From contig OZ024762.1 of the NCBI GenBank assembly GCA_964016885.1, positions 744,001 to 808,000 of the forward strand: DNA of 64,000 bases, in the 5' to 3' direction. The DNA comes from Eledone cirrhosa (taxonomy: Eukaryota). The number at the start of each line of letters is the position of its first letter. The first letter of the stretch is position 1. The notes beneath the pieces were generated by a model. The model did no database searches and was not told the DNA's origin. It worked only from the letters and a program-made list of their open reading frames with translations. This document shows positions 37,981 through 52,149 of the stretch, in pieces. A program made the translations under genes and the position numbers.

Positions 37981-38582
37981 GTCTGTGAAAGACTAACAAA
38001 TCAACAGCGACTCCTCTCTCTATATACAACTCCCTATCACCCTCTATATATATCGCTTTCTCACTCTCTCTCTATATATACCTTTGTATATCTCTCACTA
38101 TCTCCCTATATATATCGCTCTCTCTCGTCCTCTTACTCTCCCTATATATATATATCTCATTCCCTCCCTCTGTATCTCTCTAGTACTCTCACTACCTCGT
38201 TCTCCCCCCTCTCTCTCCATGTATCTCACTGTCTCCAGCCAACATCTTGGATGATATCGTCCTATTCTTGTCGCTCTCAAACAACAAACAACCACCACCA
38301 TTAACAACCATCACCACTACCATCATCACTACAATCAAGTACCACCAGCAGCAAGCACTCTACGTCCTGTTCGTCTTCACACAAAGTCGACGATCTCCTG
38401 TCTCTCTCTCTCTCACTCTCTAGTCTGGGGACTGACCACCACCACCGCCGCCACCATCATCACCCTCACAAGTCCTCCTCTTCTTCGTTGTTGTTGTTGT
38501 TGTTGTTGTCGTTAATTGGTGGAAATCGCTGTAGAAGCGAATATTACTATATTCGTTACGATCAATGTGCAGAAATATTCTG
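37975..38582 (+). other. Putative first (largely 5' UTR) exon ending at a consensus splice donor
   Basis: CpG-retaining unique sequence downstream of the motif cluster, ending CTG|GTAAGT at 38583. A possible ATG at 38565 gives MCRNIL (phase 0). Confidence 0.35.
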
Positions 38583-38661
38583 GTAAGTCTACCTTTTCAC
38601 ATTATATACACTCACACACATGTATATATATATATATAGCTACACACATATATATGTGTTT

Positions 38662-38925
38662 TACACTCTACTAATATATTGAGTACCTTACTGTGGTTAC
38701 CCCCGATTGAACCCGTATATAAATATATATATATATATATGTCTGTGAGTCCCGGGTTCAGTCAGGGGTAACCACAGTAAAGTACTCAATACATTAGTAG
38801 AGTGTATACAACAAATTTGATATAGAAATGGCTTCTACAGGACTAGAACTGTTTCATTCAAAGGTAATGATTTCCTTCCAATGAAACAATTCTAGTCCTG
38901 TAGAAGCCATTTCTGTATTAAATTT
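38662..38925. mobile_element. Two abutting foldbacks of the same short-element family
   Basis: TACACTCTACTAATATATTGAGTACCTTACTGTGGTTACCCC mirrors GGGGTAACCACAGTAAAGTACTCAATACATTAGTAGAGTGTA. The AGAAATGGCTTCTACAGGACTAG palindrome follows. Confidence 0.7.
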
Positions 38926-40383
38926 GCTATAGAGGCTGTCCCCAAAAATGTACTTTGATTACCTGTACAGGAAATATTTATTAGAATGCTGTTGAAGTGT
39001 GTATACATTTTTCGGGACACCCTGTATATATATATATATATATATATATACTACATCATCATTATTATTATCAGGGAAGGTAGATTGGTGGGTTGGATTG
39101 GCAATAGAGTCGGTAGAGCATCGGACACCATGCTTTGTGACATAGTTACGTCTCTTACGTTTTACATTGTGTTCAGATGCCGTTTTGGTTTTCAATCCTT
39201 ACGAATGATTTAGAGGGGATGGAATGGGTTGATAAATTAAAGTACCAGTTACGCACTGGGGTCCGTTTAATCGACTCCCCCCTTCTCTCTCTCTTCCCAC
39301 CACATACAAAAAAAAAGAAAAAAATTGTTAGTTTTGTGGTTAAATATCAGAAACCATTATCCTACTACATCACACCATAATCTTTCTATTTCGTCTGGTA
39401 TAGTCCATCGTTTCACATCTCATTTTATTTCAACAACCTTCTCTTGTTTCATCTCCCATCACATCATTTCATTTCCACTTCTATATTCTATCGTTTCATT
39501 TCACATCACACCATTTTATTTCAACAATCTTCCCTTGTTTCATTTCACATCACTTTACACCATTTCATTTCCTCTTCTATATCCTATCATTTCACATCAC
39601 ACCATTTCATCTTCCATCATATCACATCACACCATTTTAGTTTGTTTTCTATCTTCCATCCCCCACCTTCCATCACATCACATCATTTCATTTTATCTCC
39701 CATCACATCACATCATAATCCACCTTCCATCTCCCACCTTCGATCACATCTTTTCATCTTCCATCACACCACATCGTCTCATCATATCACACCATTCGTC
39801 TCCAACTTTCCACTGTCTCATCTCCAACTTTCCATAGTCTCATCTCCCACCTTCCATCTCTATATTATATATAGTCTCTATGACGGGTTTTAGTAATCTA
39901 CTGTTTCTCATCCTTTCATTTTCTCCACATATCCCTCGTGTCTGGTTTACAATTAAAATGTCTTTCTAATTATATATATATATTGTAGTTTAGCCGTATC
40001 CATCGCTTCAGATCACCTTTACACAAACACATATATGTGTGTCTATATTTATAGAGATAGATGTGTGGATATATATTTAAGTATCTATATACACATGTGT
40101 CTATGTATTCATATACTTACATATGTTCGTGTGTGTGTGTATATATATATATATCAGTATATATACATATGTTCCTCTGTATGTGTGTGTGTGTGTATAT
40201 ATAGACACGTGCGTGTGTGTAAGACGTTCCTTATGAAATCTCTAGTCAGACCATCCATTATTCAACTCAGTTCTCCATACTTAAAACATGTAAACTCTAA
40301 ACCCTGCGGTCAAGTTAAAACTGTCTCCATGGTAGCAGCTTAAGCTCCACCGCAGGGCTTACATCTATTAAATACCACACATA

Positions 40384-40455
<72 letters not shown>

Positions 40456-41066
40456 CTTAGCCCTCGCTGTCGTAATTATATCGTCTTTTTGTCGAAAGTA
40501 ATAAAGTGTCTCTAACGAGAATTAATTCTCCATATATATATATATATAATATAGAAAGGCTTCTACAGGATTAGAACTGTAGAAGCCTTTCTATATTAAA
40601 TATCTATACTCTGCTTTGTATTGAGTACCTTACTGTGGTTACCTCCGATTGAACCAGGGATAAACTATATATATAATAGAGAGAGAGATATGTATGGTGT
40701 GTGTATGTATGTATATATATATATATATATATGTGTGTAGTATACAATATAGTGCGTAGTATATATTTACATGTAGTAGTAATTTAATATAGTACAGTAT
40801 ATATTATAGTATGTGTAGTAGTGATTTAATATCGTTACATGTAGTGTAGTATATGTAGTAGTATAGTGTAGTGTAATATACTATAGTATATGTAGTAGTA
40901 GTAATGTAGTACAGTGAAGTATAGTATATGTAGTAGTAATTTAATATCGTTACATGTATTTTCTTGTGTGGGAGTTGTTCCCTCCTGATAGATTTTGTTA
41001 CAAAGTCGACAATATATACACTGTACACTGTACAGTGTATATATATATATATATATACACTGTATA

Positions 41067-41101
<35 letters not shown>

Positions 41102-41242
41102 CACTGTATAGTGTGTATATATACTGTCTATACCTATATAATTTTCTGTCTGTATTTATTTATATCTATATATATATATATATAATTGTTTCTACTTTTG
41201 GCACAAGGCCAGCAATTATTCCAGTGCATTATTGGTACTTTA

Positions 41243-41278
<36 letters not shown>

Positions 41279-41583
41279 ATGATGATTCTCTCTCTCTCTA
41301 TATATATATATGTGTGTGTGTGTCTGTATATGTATAATTGTGCCTATACGTATATAATTTTGTGTCTGTATAATTATATATATATATGTGTGTATATATA
41401 TATATATAATCGTGCGTATACGTATATAATTGTGTGTGTGTATATATATATATAAATAAATTGTCTATTTGTATATAATGTTTGTACAACGCCGTGTTTA
41501 GTACTTCCTCTCACATTAATCCAAACGTTTACACAGACAGACCAACACACACACAGTTCACATACACACATATATTACACAGT

Positions 41584-41615
<32 letters not shown>

Positions 41616-43361
41616 TACTAGAAGCTTCTTGAACTCATCTCATCATGCTATGTTTTATAAAGATCTCGGAGTTTGTTCCTTGAGCTTATTTGATTGTAAG
41701 GGATTATTGCGAGTGTTTAACTCGACCTTTTGATTCGATATATATATATGTGTGTATATAACTATACACACGTGTGTGTGTGTGTGTGTATAGTTGTGTG
41801 TTATATAATGAATCATTTATATTGTCACCTAAAAGGAGGATATCGGTGTATTGATCGTGAAACTCTAAGGAGCGACCGACTGATTCACCAACCTCCTAAA
41901 CATATATACACACACATTGTATATATCATACATATGTCTGTGTGTGTGTGTATATATATTATATACACACCATATAATGGTATATTCTAAATATTGTAGT
42001 ATTTTATGAAATAGCAACTGTTCGGGATTTTCAGTCTCTCCCCTTCTCTATCTATCTCACTATGTCTCTCTCTATTTCTCCCTCTCTCTACCTATCTCAC
42101 TATGTCTCTCTCTATTTCTCCCTCTCTCTACCTATCTCACTGTCTCTCTATTTCTCCCCCTCTCTACCTAACTCATTATGTCTCTCTCTCTGTCACTGTT
42201 TTCCCCACATAATATTCTTTCTATCTCTCTCTCTATTTCTCTCTCTTCTCCCATCCATATCTCTCCCTCTCTACCTCTATTTTACTGTATTTCCCCCACG
42301 CTCTCTCTCTACCTCCCTGTATTCCCCTCACACTCTTTATCTCTACCTACCTATCTGTCTCTCTCTATAATTATTTCATGTGTTGCTGTAGTTCAGATCA
42401 CAGATATTTGACATTTTTCCCCCTATCATATTATTACCATTACTGCTGTTGTTATCGTTTTAATATTAAAGATTTTCACACACACACACATATATATATA
42501 TGTGTGTGTGTGTGTTACTGACTGACTGGTTGGTTAAATAATGCCAATTGTTCATTGGAATATTATATTAACGTGTACTTTTACAATTATTTGCGCACAC
42601 AATAATATATACACGCACACACCTACCTACACATATATATACACACACACACCTACATGTATGTGTATATATATATAATTATTAGTCGTCATGAAATAGC
42701 ACTCTACACAAGCACACCGTGTGATGTGTATGTATATATTTCTTTTCTAATATATATTCTCAGACACGATCTCTCACATTAAGTCATTCATGCCTCCCTC
42801 TTCTCCACACACATACACAGTATATATATATACACACACACACACCAAGTTTTATTTCTAAAGAAGTTCCCATACTTCCACCATTATTTTTCCTCTTTGC
42901 GGCAATAATTTACTACACAGTCTCTCTCTCCCTCCCTCTCTAATTTACTACACAGTCTCTCTTTCTAATTTACTACAGTCTTTCTCTCTCTCCCTCTCTA
43001 ATTTACTCCAGTCTCTCTCTCTCCCTAATTTACTACACAGTCTCTCTCACACTACACACACACATCTGTCTCTAATTTCCTACACATTTCTGTCTGTTTG
43101 TCTCACTACACACCTTTATATATATATCTCTCACTCTCTCTTTCTCTCTTTCTATATATATATATATAAAGTTAAAACAAGGAAATAAAAAATCAAGTCA
43201 TATACAATTCACGACTTTCCCCGTTAATCTAGAAGACATACCTTCGCGAGGCGTTGTCTTCCATTTAAAGATGTCGAGTTTTATCTGATGACAAATATAA
43301 CAATATATGTATTTTCATGCCATCGTCTCTACTTCCTCTACCACACACACACACATATATA

Positions 43362-43732
43362 GTTTATCCCAGGTTCAATTAGAGGTAACCACAGTAAGGT
43401 ACTCAATGCAAAGCAGACTATAAATATTTAATATACAAATGGCTTATACAGGACTAGAACTGTTTCATTCGGGAGAAATCAGCAGAAGTTCACATGATTT
43501 CTCCTGAATGAAACAGTTCTAGTCTTGTAGAAGCCATTCTATATTAAATATATGTATATTTAATATAGAAATGGCTTCTACAGGACGAGAACTGTTTCAT
43601 TCGTATGAAATCATCACCAGAAATGACAGTTCTACTCCTGTAGAAGCCATTTCTATATTAAATATTGTTGTATACACTCTACTAATGTATTGAGTACCTT
43701 ACTGACTGGTTACCTCCGATTGAACCCGGGGT
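43362..43732. mobile_element. Composite double foldback of the same family
   Basis: Tail module (minus), palindrome, palindrome, tail module (plus); flanked by TA-rich sequence. Confidence 0.7.
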
Positions 43733-45250
43733 CTATCTATATAATTTTATATTGCACACTTTATAGGCTGTCCCTCAAAAACGTATACACACTATATATA
43801 TATATATACTATATAAGGTGTCCCCCAAAAATGTATACACACACTATATATATATATATATATAATCACCATTTTTCTTCTCAGCCGTTAGTTAATAAAA
43901 CCACAACGATATATATAAGAAGGAATTTAAGATGGTTTAATGTGTCTGTTCATATCTTTCCAGAAATTACTTTGTTAGTGGGGGAGGTTTCTTAAATCGA
44001 ATAACTACTTTTCTATCTAACCTCACCTCCACTATCTACAAATTACTCTCTCTTATGTCTTATAAAATAAAATATATATTTTGCTATATACATCATTGAG
44101 GTGTGTAGAAGAAGCAATTGGTAGGTTTTTAAATTATTAAACTAGCCTAGAAGTAATTTTGTGGATTTCTAAGGAAGGGAAAGAGACGGGAGAAGAATGA
44201 AAAGTGTTTTTCACCATTTTTTTGGCTGGGTTTCTTCCGTTGCAAATCATGTTAGATTCGTTTGTTAGTGTCAAGTAGGTTTACTGCTATGTTCTCTCAT
44301 ATATATATACACTTTTGTTTGTATATATTTGTATATATTTATATATATATATATATATTTGTGTGTGTGTGTATAGATATATATTTATTTGTGTATAAAT
44401 ATGTATATTTATATATGTATCTATTTTACAGTAGATATATAATATACAAATATGTGTGTGTGTGTGTTTATGTATATATATATATATATGTTTGTGTGTG
44501 TGTATATATCTATTTTAGAGGGGATGTATTGTATAGTATATATATACACACTGTATCTCTGTGTGTGTATATATTTTAGAGAAAATATATACTACAGCGA
44601 TACAGACACGCACCTGCCTGTGTATACATGTATCTATGTATGTATATATAGCGTTGTTTTATATATATGCATTTATCACTTTATATATTTGTGTGTGTAT
44701 ATATATTGTATATGCATATGTATATATCATTGCTACATATACACACACGTGCATGTATGTATATCTTCTCTAACAAAGACATATGTGTGTTTATATATAT
44801 ATATGTGTGTTTATATATATATATATGTTTATATATATATAGATGTGTGTTTATATATATATATGTTTATGTATATGTGTGTTTATATATATGTTTATGT
44901 ATATGTGTGTTTATATATATGTTTATGTATATGTGTGTTTATATATATGTTTATGTATATATGTGTTTATATGTATATATGTGTTTATATATATATATGT
45001 GTGTTTATATATATATATGTGTTTATATATATATATATGTATGTGTATATATATAGATGTGTGTTTATATATATGTATGTGTATATATATAGATGTGTGT
45101 TTATATATATGTATGTGTATATATAGATATGTGTGTTTATATATATAGATATGTGTGTTTATATATATATATGTATGTGTATATATATAGATATGTGTGT
45201 TTATATGTATGTGTATATAGATATATATATATGTATGTGTATATATATAG

Positions 45251-45284
<34 letters not shown>

Positions 45285-46603
45285 GTACTAAGAGTGTTTC
45301 CCCCATGTGGATTGAACAATGCTTGTATGTGTGTGTGTTTTCACTGTGTATTAAGCACGAACCTCGTACGTGTGTTTAGGTGTGTAATAAATCCGTGTAA
45401 ATCTACACACCATAACTCCTACATCTATTATATTTTATTGTTTCAACTTACCGGAAGTCTGTTAGTATATACTACACTATATACTGTTGTATTACTCATT
45501 TCTTACTACTACTACTGTTACTACCACCATCACTACTACTACCACCACTACTACTGTTATTAAGGGTTGTGGATTTGCAGTATTTAGTTACATCCCTTTA
45601 CGTTCTGAGTTCAAATCCCGTCGAGGATATAGTTATACCTTTCATCTCTACGGGGGAGGTTGATGAAATAAAGTACCAGTAATGCACTGGGGCCGATTTA
45701 AAGGACACCCACCCACCAAAATTTGATCTTGTGTCTATAGTAAAAATAATCTTTCGTCCTTACATGGTCGATAAATAAAGTACCAGAAATTCACTGGGGT
45801 CAATTCTCTGCGTCCCCCCACAAATTGCTGGCCTTGTACCTATAGTAGAGAGCCTACTAATCTTTATAATTCCTGTTATTCAAAGCACCTGCGGGGATTT
45901 CTATCTTAATATCTGTTTTTCACCCTTAACATTTAAGCTAAAGACAAAAACATTAGCTTTGTATCAACTCCAGACTTAACAAAATCTGGCTATTTCTCTT
46001 GTCTTAAACCACATTTTCTCTCTCTAAAAATATGTTTTACAATAAATTAGAATGAAATTCTATTTAGTTTGCTATGGTCTCCTCATAAAATATACATAAA
46101 TTCTGTTGTTTACAAAGATTATAACACTTTATTTATACACTTTGAGTCCTCCCAAAATGTATACATACTTTTATTAGGATGTTGTTGAAGTGTGTAAACA
46201 TTTTTGGGACACCCTGTGTATGTATATATATATATGTGTGTGTGTTTTCGTTGGCCTTTTATAAATGGATATTCTGTATATATACATGTGTGTGTGTGTG
46301 TGTGTATATATATGTGTGTATTTCTGTGTGTGTGTGTATATATATAATTGTGTATACTTGGGGTTTAAAAAGAGGATGGGGTGTCATGTACCCCGAAAAT
46401 AGTGTGTGTATATGAGTATATGGGAGATATCAGGATTTAACCAGTTTATACTAGTAAGACTATTGTTCAGCAGAGTACACATACATGTCAAAACAGCAAA
46501 AGCTTAACCATTGGGTCCAAACTCTCCTACTATATATATATAGTAATAGTGATAAATGTGAAGACTAAAATCCAAAGAGGGCTCGATAAGGATAAATATA
46601 GAG

Positions 46604-46740
46604 CAAATATTTATTAAAATAGCAGATTAAAGTTTAAGCAAAGAATCGCTGCTTTCACCCCTAACGGGATCTTCTGAAGTTGTTGAGAGTGAAAGCACCG
46701 ATTCTTTGCTTAAACTTTAATCTGATATTTTAATAAATAT
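46604..46740. repeat. Foldback with ~55-bp arms
   Basis: ATATTTATTAAAATAGCAGATTAAAGTTTAAGCAAAGAATCGCTGCTTTCAC mirrors GTGAAAGCACCGATTCTTTGCTTAAACTTTAATCTGATATTTTAATAAATAT. A single arm also occurs at ~8405-8460. Confidence 0.85.
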
Positions 46741-46865
46741 ATATGTTTGTGTGTGTGGCTGAGTGGTTAGAGAATTGAATTCACAATCTTGAGGTTGTGA
46801 GTTTGATTCCTGGGCCGGGCGATGCATTATGTTCTTCAGCAAGACACTTTATTTCACGTTGCTCC

Positions 46866-47078
46866 TTCTACCTGGAGTTGTGACCGGTAGATAGTACTAG
46901 CAACTGGAAAGACTGACGAAAACATTGTTTCCTCGGTCTGATTTGACAAAGGTCGATCGATATATATACATATATATATCGACAGTCAATTGACTTTCAT
47001 CAAATTGGACCGAGGAATCTGTCTCCACTGGTCTTTCCAATTGCTAATACTATCTACCGGTCGCAACTCCAGGTAGAA
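46866..47078. repeat. Foldback with ~95-bp arms around a (TA)n centre, abutting a SINE head at ~46755-46865
   Basis: TTCTACCTGGAGTTGTGACCGGTAGATAGTA mirrors TACTATCTACCGGTCGCAACTCCAGGTAGAA. Confidence 0.85.
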
Positions 47079-47089
47079 CCTCGTGTATA

Positions 47090-47290
47090 TAGGGTTAGCA
47101 GAAAAGTTCATAAGCTCACCAAGATACTCTCATGGAATAACCAAATGAGGTTTATTTTTCAGCATAGTCCCCAGAAAGAAACAATATAGTTATTAAATAG
47201 AAGAGTTGAAATTAATGCATGTAAGATTTCACAGCTCTAGCATCACTCCTTCATAGTCTGACCAAGATGTTTTCATGGAATGACCAAATT
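47090..47290 (-). mobile_element. Mariner-type MITE copy without the array
   Basis: Reverse complement of 15680-15800 (CCTTCATAGTC, CACAGCTCTAGCA, CCAAATGAGGTTTATTTTTCA). Confidence 0.7.
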
Positions 47291-49859
47291 GTGCATGTGT
47301 GTATATATATATAGTAGTAATAGTTTGGTGTATATATCCAAGGGTAATAGCACTCAGTCCATAGGACGAGTTTAGTATAATTAGTTACAACAGTGACATG
47401 AACAGGTGTTTAGTTGGGTTATATACCTCAACTCATTCACAGGTGTTTAGTTGGGTTATATACCTCAACTCATTCAACCTACCATATATATATTTTTTTT
47501 AATATCTTACAACAGGCTGAATGACTTTGGATGAATAACCCTATCAAACTTGAGTACCTGTTTATTATGTATGTATATATATGTGTGTATGTATGTATGT
47601 ATGTATGTATGTATGTATATATATCAGAATGGAGGCGGTAAAAACCAGTTCGACCATTACCATCCAGAGTACTAGATACTTGGGGGAGTAGAATGAGTAA
47701 TATGAAAAATTCAGGGCCCCGACAGCTGAGCTCCAGCCATTTCAACAGTTAGATCTGAGTATATATATATATATATACATATACATACATATACATATAT
47801 ATATATATATAGCCATACTCTACTATCCCAACTATTGAGTACTCTGTTGAATAATGGTCTAACTAGTTTCAAACTGGTTCTATCCTGATATATATATAAC
47901 TACAGTAAATAAAGTACTCAATACATGTGTAGAGTGAAGACAGAAATTTATTTAGAAAAAGGCTTCTACGGGACTAGAACTGTTTCATTCGTATGAAGTC
48001 ATCATATGAATGAAACAGTTCTAGTCCTGTAGAAGCCTTTTTCCATATAGACTTCTATATATATATATATATATATATATATGCTATCCAGGTGAAGGTT
48101 AGTGACTGTCTAGACAGGCAGACATACAGGCAGATCCTCTCTCTCCTGTTTTTAGCCATATGTAGTAAACTTAAGTTTCAACCATTACATCTTAAATAAC
48201 TTGTGAATCATTTTAGTTTGACATTTTAGGTTAGGTGTGTGTGTGTGTGTGTGTGTATACAAGGCAGCCAAATGGATGAGTCGTTAGAACATCAAATACT
48301 TTGCAGTATTTTTTTCAGCTCCCTGAGTTCAAGTCCTGCCGAGGTCAATAAAAAAAGTACCAGTCTAGTACTGGGGTCAATTCTTCCTCTCTATCTCTTT
48401 GTCACTTTCTGTCCTTCCTCTATATCTCTCTCACTGTCTCTCTCTCCTTTTCTGGAAGAAATCTGCTGTATTCAGACCTGGAGATGAGATGGGTTCCGTC
48501 AGGTTTTAAATGCCCAACAACCTCTCTATGTCAATACAACATCCCTATAATTCCCTCAGGAGTTAGGAACCATTCATACATACAAACATGCGCTTTGGTT
48601 TGTTGTTTCCCGGGGGGTGGGGTTTCCGCTGTTTTTTCCTTTTTCTTCTCTTTTCCCTTCTGTTTCTATTTTTTTCTCTCTTTTTTCCCAATAACTTTAT
48701 TGACGCCCTGGGGTGAGATATGGTCTTTAATGTGTCCAAGACCCCCAGCAGACAACTGATGAAGGAAAATGTTCTCCTGTTCTTGCTTTCTTCTTTTTAT
48801 AAGTACACCTTATCCAGCAACCACACAACCTGTTTCTTCTTATATATATATATAATCACCAATTAACATCCATTTTTTCCATGCTTGCATGGGGTCAAGT
48901 GAGTTGTCCGGGTCAAGAGACAAGTCTGGCCAGGATTGGCAATACTGTACCTTGCTCTGACAGGACTGTAAATTTGGCCAGAGTTTTAACAGCTGGATGC
49001 CCTTCCTCACACCACCCACATTTACAGTGTGGAACTGGATAACACTGTTATGAGGGGGGACAGGCTGCACTGAACCCTTCTCACAGAGGTACCACATTTT
49101 GGGAACCAGAGCTCCCCTTTTGGTGTTTCATCTGCTTATATTATAAACATGGTTTGTTGTGGTGTCACTTCTACACCAGTCTTTTACCCTGTTATGTGTT
49201 CAGCCATCCAATTGAGGCCATGCTGGTGCACTGGTGTTACAGCACCCAGTCCACTCTGTAAAGTAGTTGTGTAGGTGTCACAACAAACAGCACCCAGTCC
49301 ACTCTGTAAAGTGGTTGTGTAGGTGGCACAACAAACAGCACCCAGTCCACTCTGTAAAGTGTTCATGTAGGTGTCATGACAAACAGCACCAAGCACACAC
49401 TGTAAATGTGGTTGGTGTTAGGAAGGGCATCCAGCTGTAAAAACCAAGCCAGAATCAGTTCTGTATGAGTAAGACATGGTCACCTAACTTGTCCCACAAC
49501 AGGACAGCTCGTCTAACCCATGCTAGCGTGGAGGATGAGCGTTAAATGCTGATGATGGTGATTGAGTGGTTTGCAGCAAAATCTAGTTCAGTTTTCTAGA
49601 ATGTGTGTGAGAGTGAGAATGTCTGAGAGTATGTGTTGCTATAGTGTTCCGACCAATATATGACACTGTAGTCCTATTTGATCAGTCATTAACACTAATT
49701 TGGTTGGTAGCTGATGGCTAAATTAACCCCCTCCCCTTTCTCTCTCTCCACACACACATAAAAGTGTGGGGTCATAACACTAGCTAGCTAGGTACAACAA
49801 CAACACCATCAGTTGTGGGCTATATTAAATATTTAATACTAAGATCTGTCTATCATCCA

Positions 49860-50560
49860 GCGATCATCATCCATACACAACACATGTCCCTACACACCAC
49901 CTCACATTCCTCTTAAACCCTCTTTCTCCCTCAACTTGTCCCAGCTCTGCCTCCCTTACACATTGCACATTCAACAAAACATGGCTGCTTCATTTCTCTG
50001 CAGTCACAGCCCATGTTTCACTACCATGTAGCACCACATATCCTCTGCAGTCACAGCCCATGTTTCACTACCATGTAGCACCACATGTCCTCTGCAGTCA
50101 CAGCCCATGTTTCACTACCATGTAGCACCACATATCCTCTGCAGTCACAGCCCATGTTTCACTACCATGCAGCACCACATGTCCCCTGCAGTCACAGCCC
50201 ATGTTTCACTACCATGTACACTGCAGTCACAGCCCATGTTTCACTACCATGTAGCACCACGTCCTCTGCAGTCACAGCCCATGTTTCACTACCATGTACA
50301 CCACATGTCCTCTGCAGTCACAGCCCATGTTTCACTACCATGCAGCACCACATGTCCCCTGCAGTCACAGCCCATGTTTCACTACCATGTACACCACATG
50401 TCCTCTGCAGTCACAGCCCATGTTTCACTACCATGCAGCACCACATGTCCCCTGCAGTCACAGCCCATGTTTCACTATCATGCAGCACCATGTTTCACTA
50501 CCATGTTTCACTACCATGCAGCACCACACTTCACACAGGTGTCATACATCCTAACTAAAT
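49860..50560 (-). mobile_element. Decayed RTE fragment with a 47-bp segment amplified ~11 times (~49996-50530)
   Basis: The minus-strand unit encodes VLHGSETWAVTAEDM (RTE 'YGSETW' motif). Flanks give MYDTCV and RNEAAM...LREK...MDDDRW. Confidence 0.75.
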
Positions 50561-50739
50561 GTTATATACACCCTCAGAAAGGGGTGTACGTTACACACAA
50601 AAGGACTCAATACATGGAAAACTGCGGTAACTTTCAAAACCTGGTCCTGGGTTTCTGAAGAACTTTGCAGTTCTGTGAGATAATATGATGGTTGTGGTGT
50701 AGCTTACCCCCTGATTGAGCTGTCACATAGTATAGGCCT

Positions 50740-51140
50740 TTAAACTGGCTGTAACTGGCCACTCATACCCATGTTAAGGTAGTGTTCTCAAAATGAATAA
50801 TATCAAAATCTCATAGATTTGATACCATGTGAGATAATTATGTAAGTTAAAACCTTTAACATGAAAATACAATAGTATATAGAGTAATGTAAATGTTATG
50901 TGAGGTAAAGCCTTTAACATGAAAATACAATAGTATATAGAGTAATGTAAATGTTATGTGAGGTAAAACTTTTACCATGAAAATACAATAGTATATAGAG
51001 TAATGTAAATGTTATGTGAGGTAAAACCTTTACCATGAAAATACAATAGTATATAGAGTAATGTAAATGTTATGTGAGGTAAAACCTTTACCATGAAAAT
51101 ACAATAATAAATATAGAGTAATGTAAATGCTGTAGGATTA
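50740..51140 (-). mobile_element. piggyBac-type MITE copy with ~5 internal ~59-bp repeats
   Basis: Contains TTCTCAAAATGAATAATATCAAAATCTCATAGATTTG and repeats of TGAAAATACAATAGTATATAGAGTAATGTAAATG. Confidence 0.7.
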
Positions 51141-51207
51141 AAGTGTTTATATTTAACTAAGAACCTTCCATCTTAATAATAGAAAAAATTACTAATTCAT
51201 TCCAAAT

Positions 51208-51530
51208 TCTTCTTCTTCCCCCACTTATTCCTGAGAGGGTCATGGGGGCAGAGTCCTCGAATACTCTCTCCAGTGGGTCCTGTCAGATGCAACCGTCTCC
51301 AACTAATCTGACTAGATCCCCAAGTGAGACCAGCTTAGCTCATGGATGTTATCCAACCATCTTGTGCTGGGTCTCCTGCCAGTTGGTTTTGCCCATAAAA
51401 TCTGTCCAGGGATTCCTTCCTCAGACATTCTACCCACATGTCCATAGTATCAAAGCTGTGATGTCTCAATTCAGCGAAGTAGCAGCTCTACCTGGAGTGA
51501 CTCTCATCTCCGAGCTACGCACTTTATCAA
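51208..51530 (-). mobile_element. Third RTE/Rex3-like 3' fragment
   Basis: Colinear with 2520-2862 (CACTTATTCCTGAGAGGGTC...GTAGCAGCTCTACCTGGAGTGACTCTCATCTCCG). Confidence 0.8.
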
Positions 51531-51647
51531 GTAATGTTGAAAGACACTTCGGAGGAACCCCATTTCAATTCTTTCCTGAGACATTCTAGCCATATGCCCA
51601 TTATATCGAAGCTATGATCTCTCAATTCTTCATTATCTAAAAAAAAT

Positions 51648-51842
51648 AGGTATCGGATTGGCAGAATCAGTAGAGCGTCAGATACCATGCTTTGCAGCAG
51701 TGAGTTATGGCCTTTACGTTCTTAGTTCAAATCCCGCCGAAGTTAGCTTTGCCTTTCATCCTGACGGGGTCGATAAAATAAAGTACTGGTAATACACTGG
51801 GGTAATTGCTGGCCTTGTGCCAAAAGTAGAAACAATTATTTT
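51648..51842 (+). mobile_element. SINE family B, near full length
   Basis: tRNA-like head (TTGGCAGAATCAGTAGAGCGTC; GTTCAAATCC B box), core CTTTGCCTTTCATCCTGACGGGGTCGATAAAATAAAGTAC and tail GGCCTTGTGCCAAAAGTAGAAAC. Other pieces lie at ~12130, 33195, 34660, 39085, 41183, 45575, 48260, 54960, 60390 and 62295. Confidence 0.8.
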
Positions 51843-52116
51843 AAAAAAATTATTTGCAAATCATTCAATGTTTTTCCTTAGAAATATGGAAATAAGACAC
51901 GTGGGTGGGTGGAGTAATTACTCTGCTTTTGGTGATCTGTCAAAGATCTCATGTCATGATATAAGTATTTAGACAAGATAATTTGTTAAATGTTTCGGAA
52001 TTTTGTGTGACAAAGTTATTTATAGCTTGGTGCAATTTTAACTTAGAAGCGGAATTTTTATGACCTCACCTTATTTTTTTTTCCTGTTAACATGTGATAC
52101 ATGAACATAATTGATG

Positions 52117-52149
<33 letters not shown>

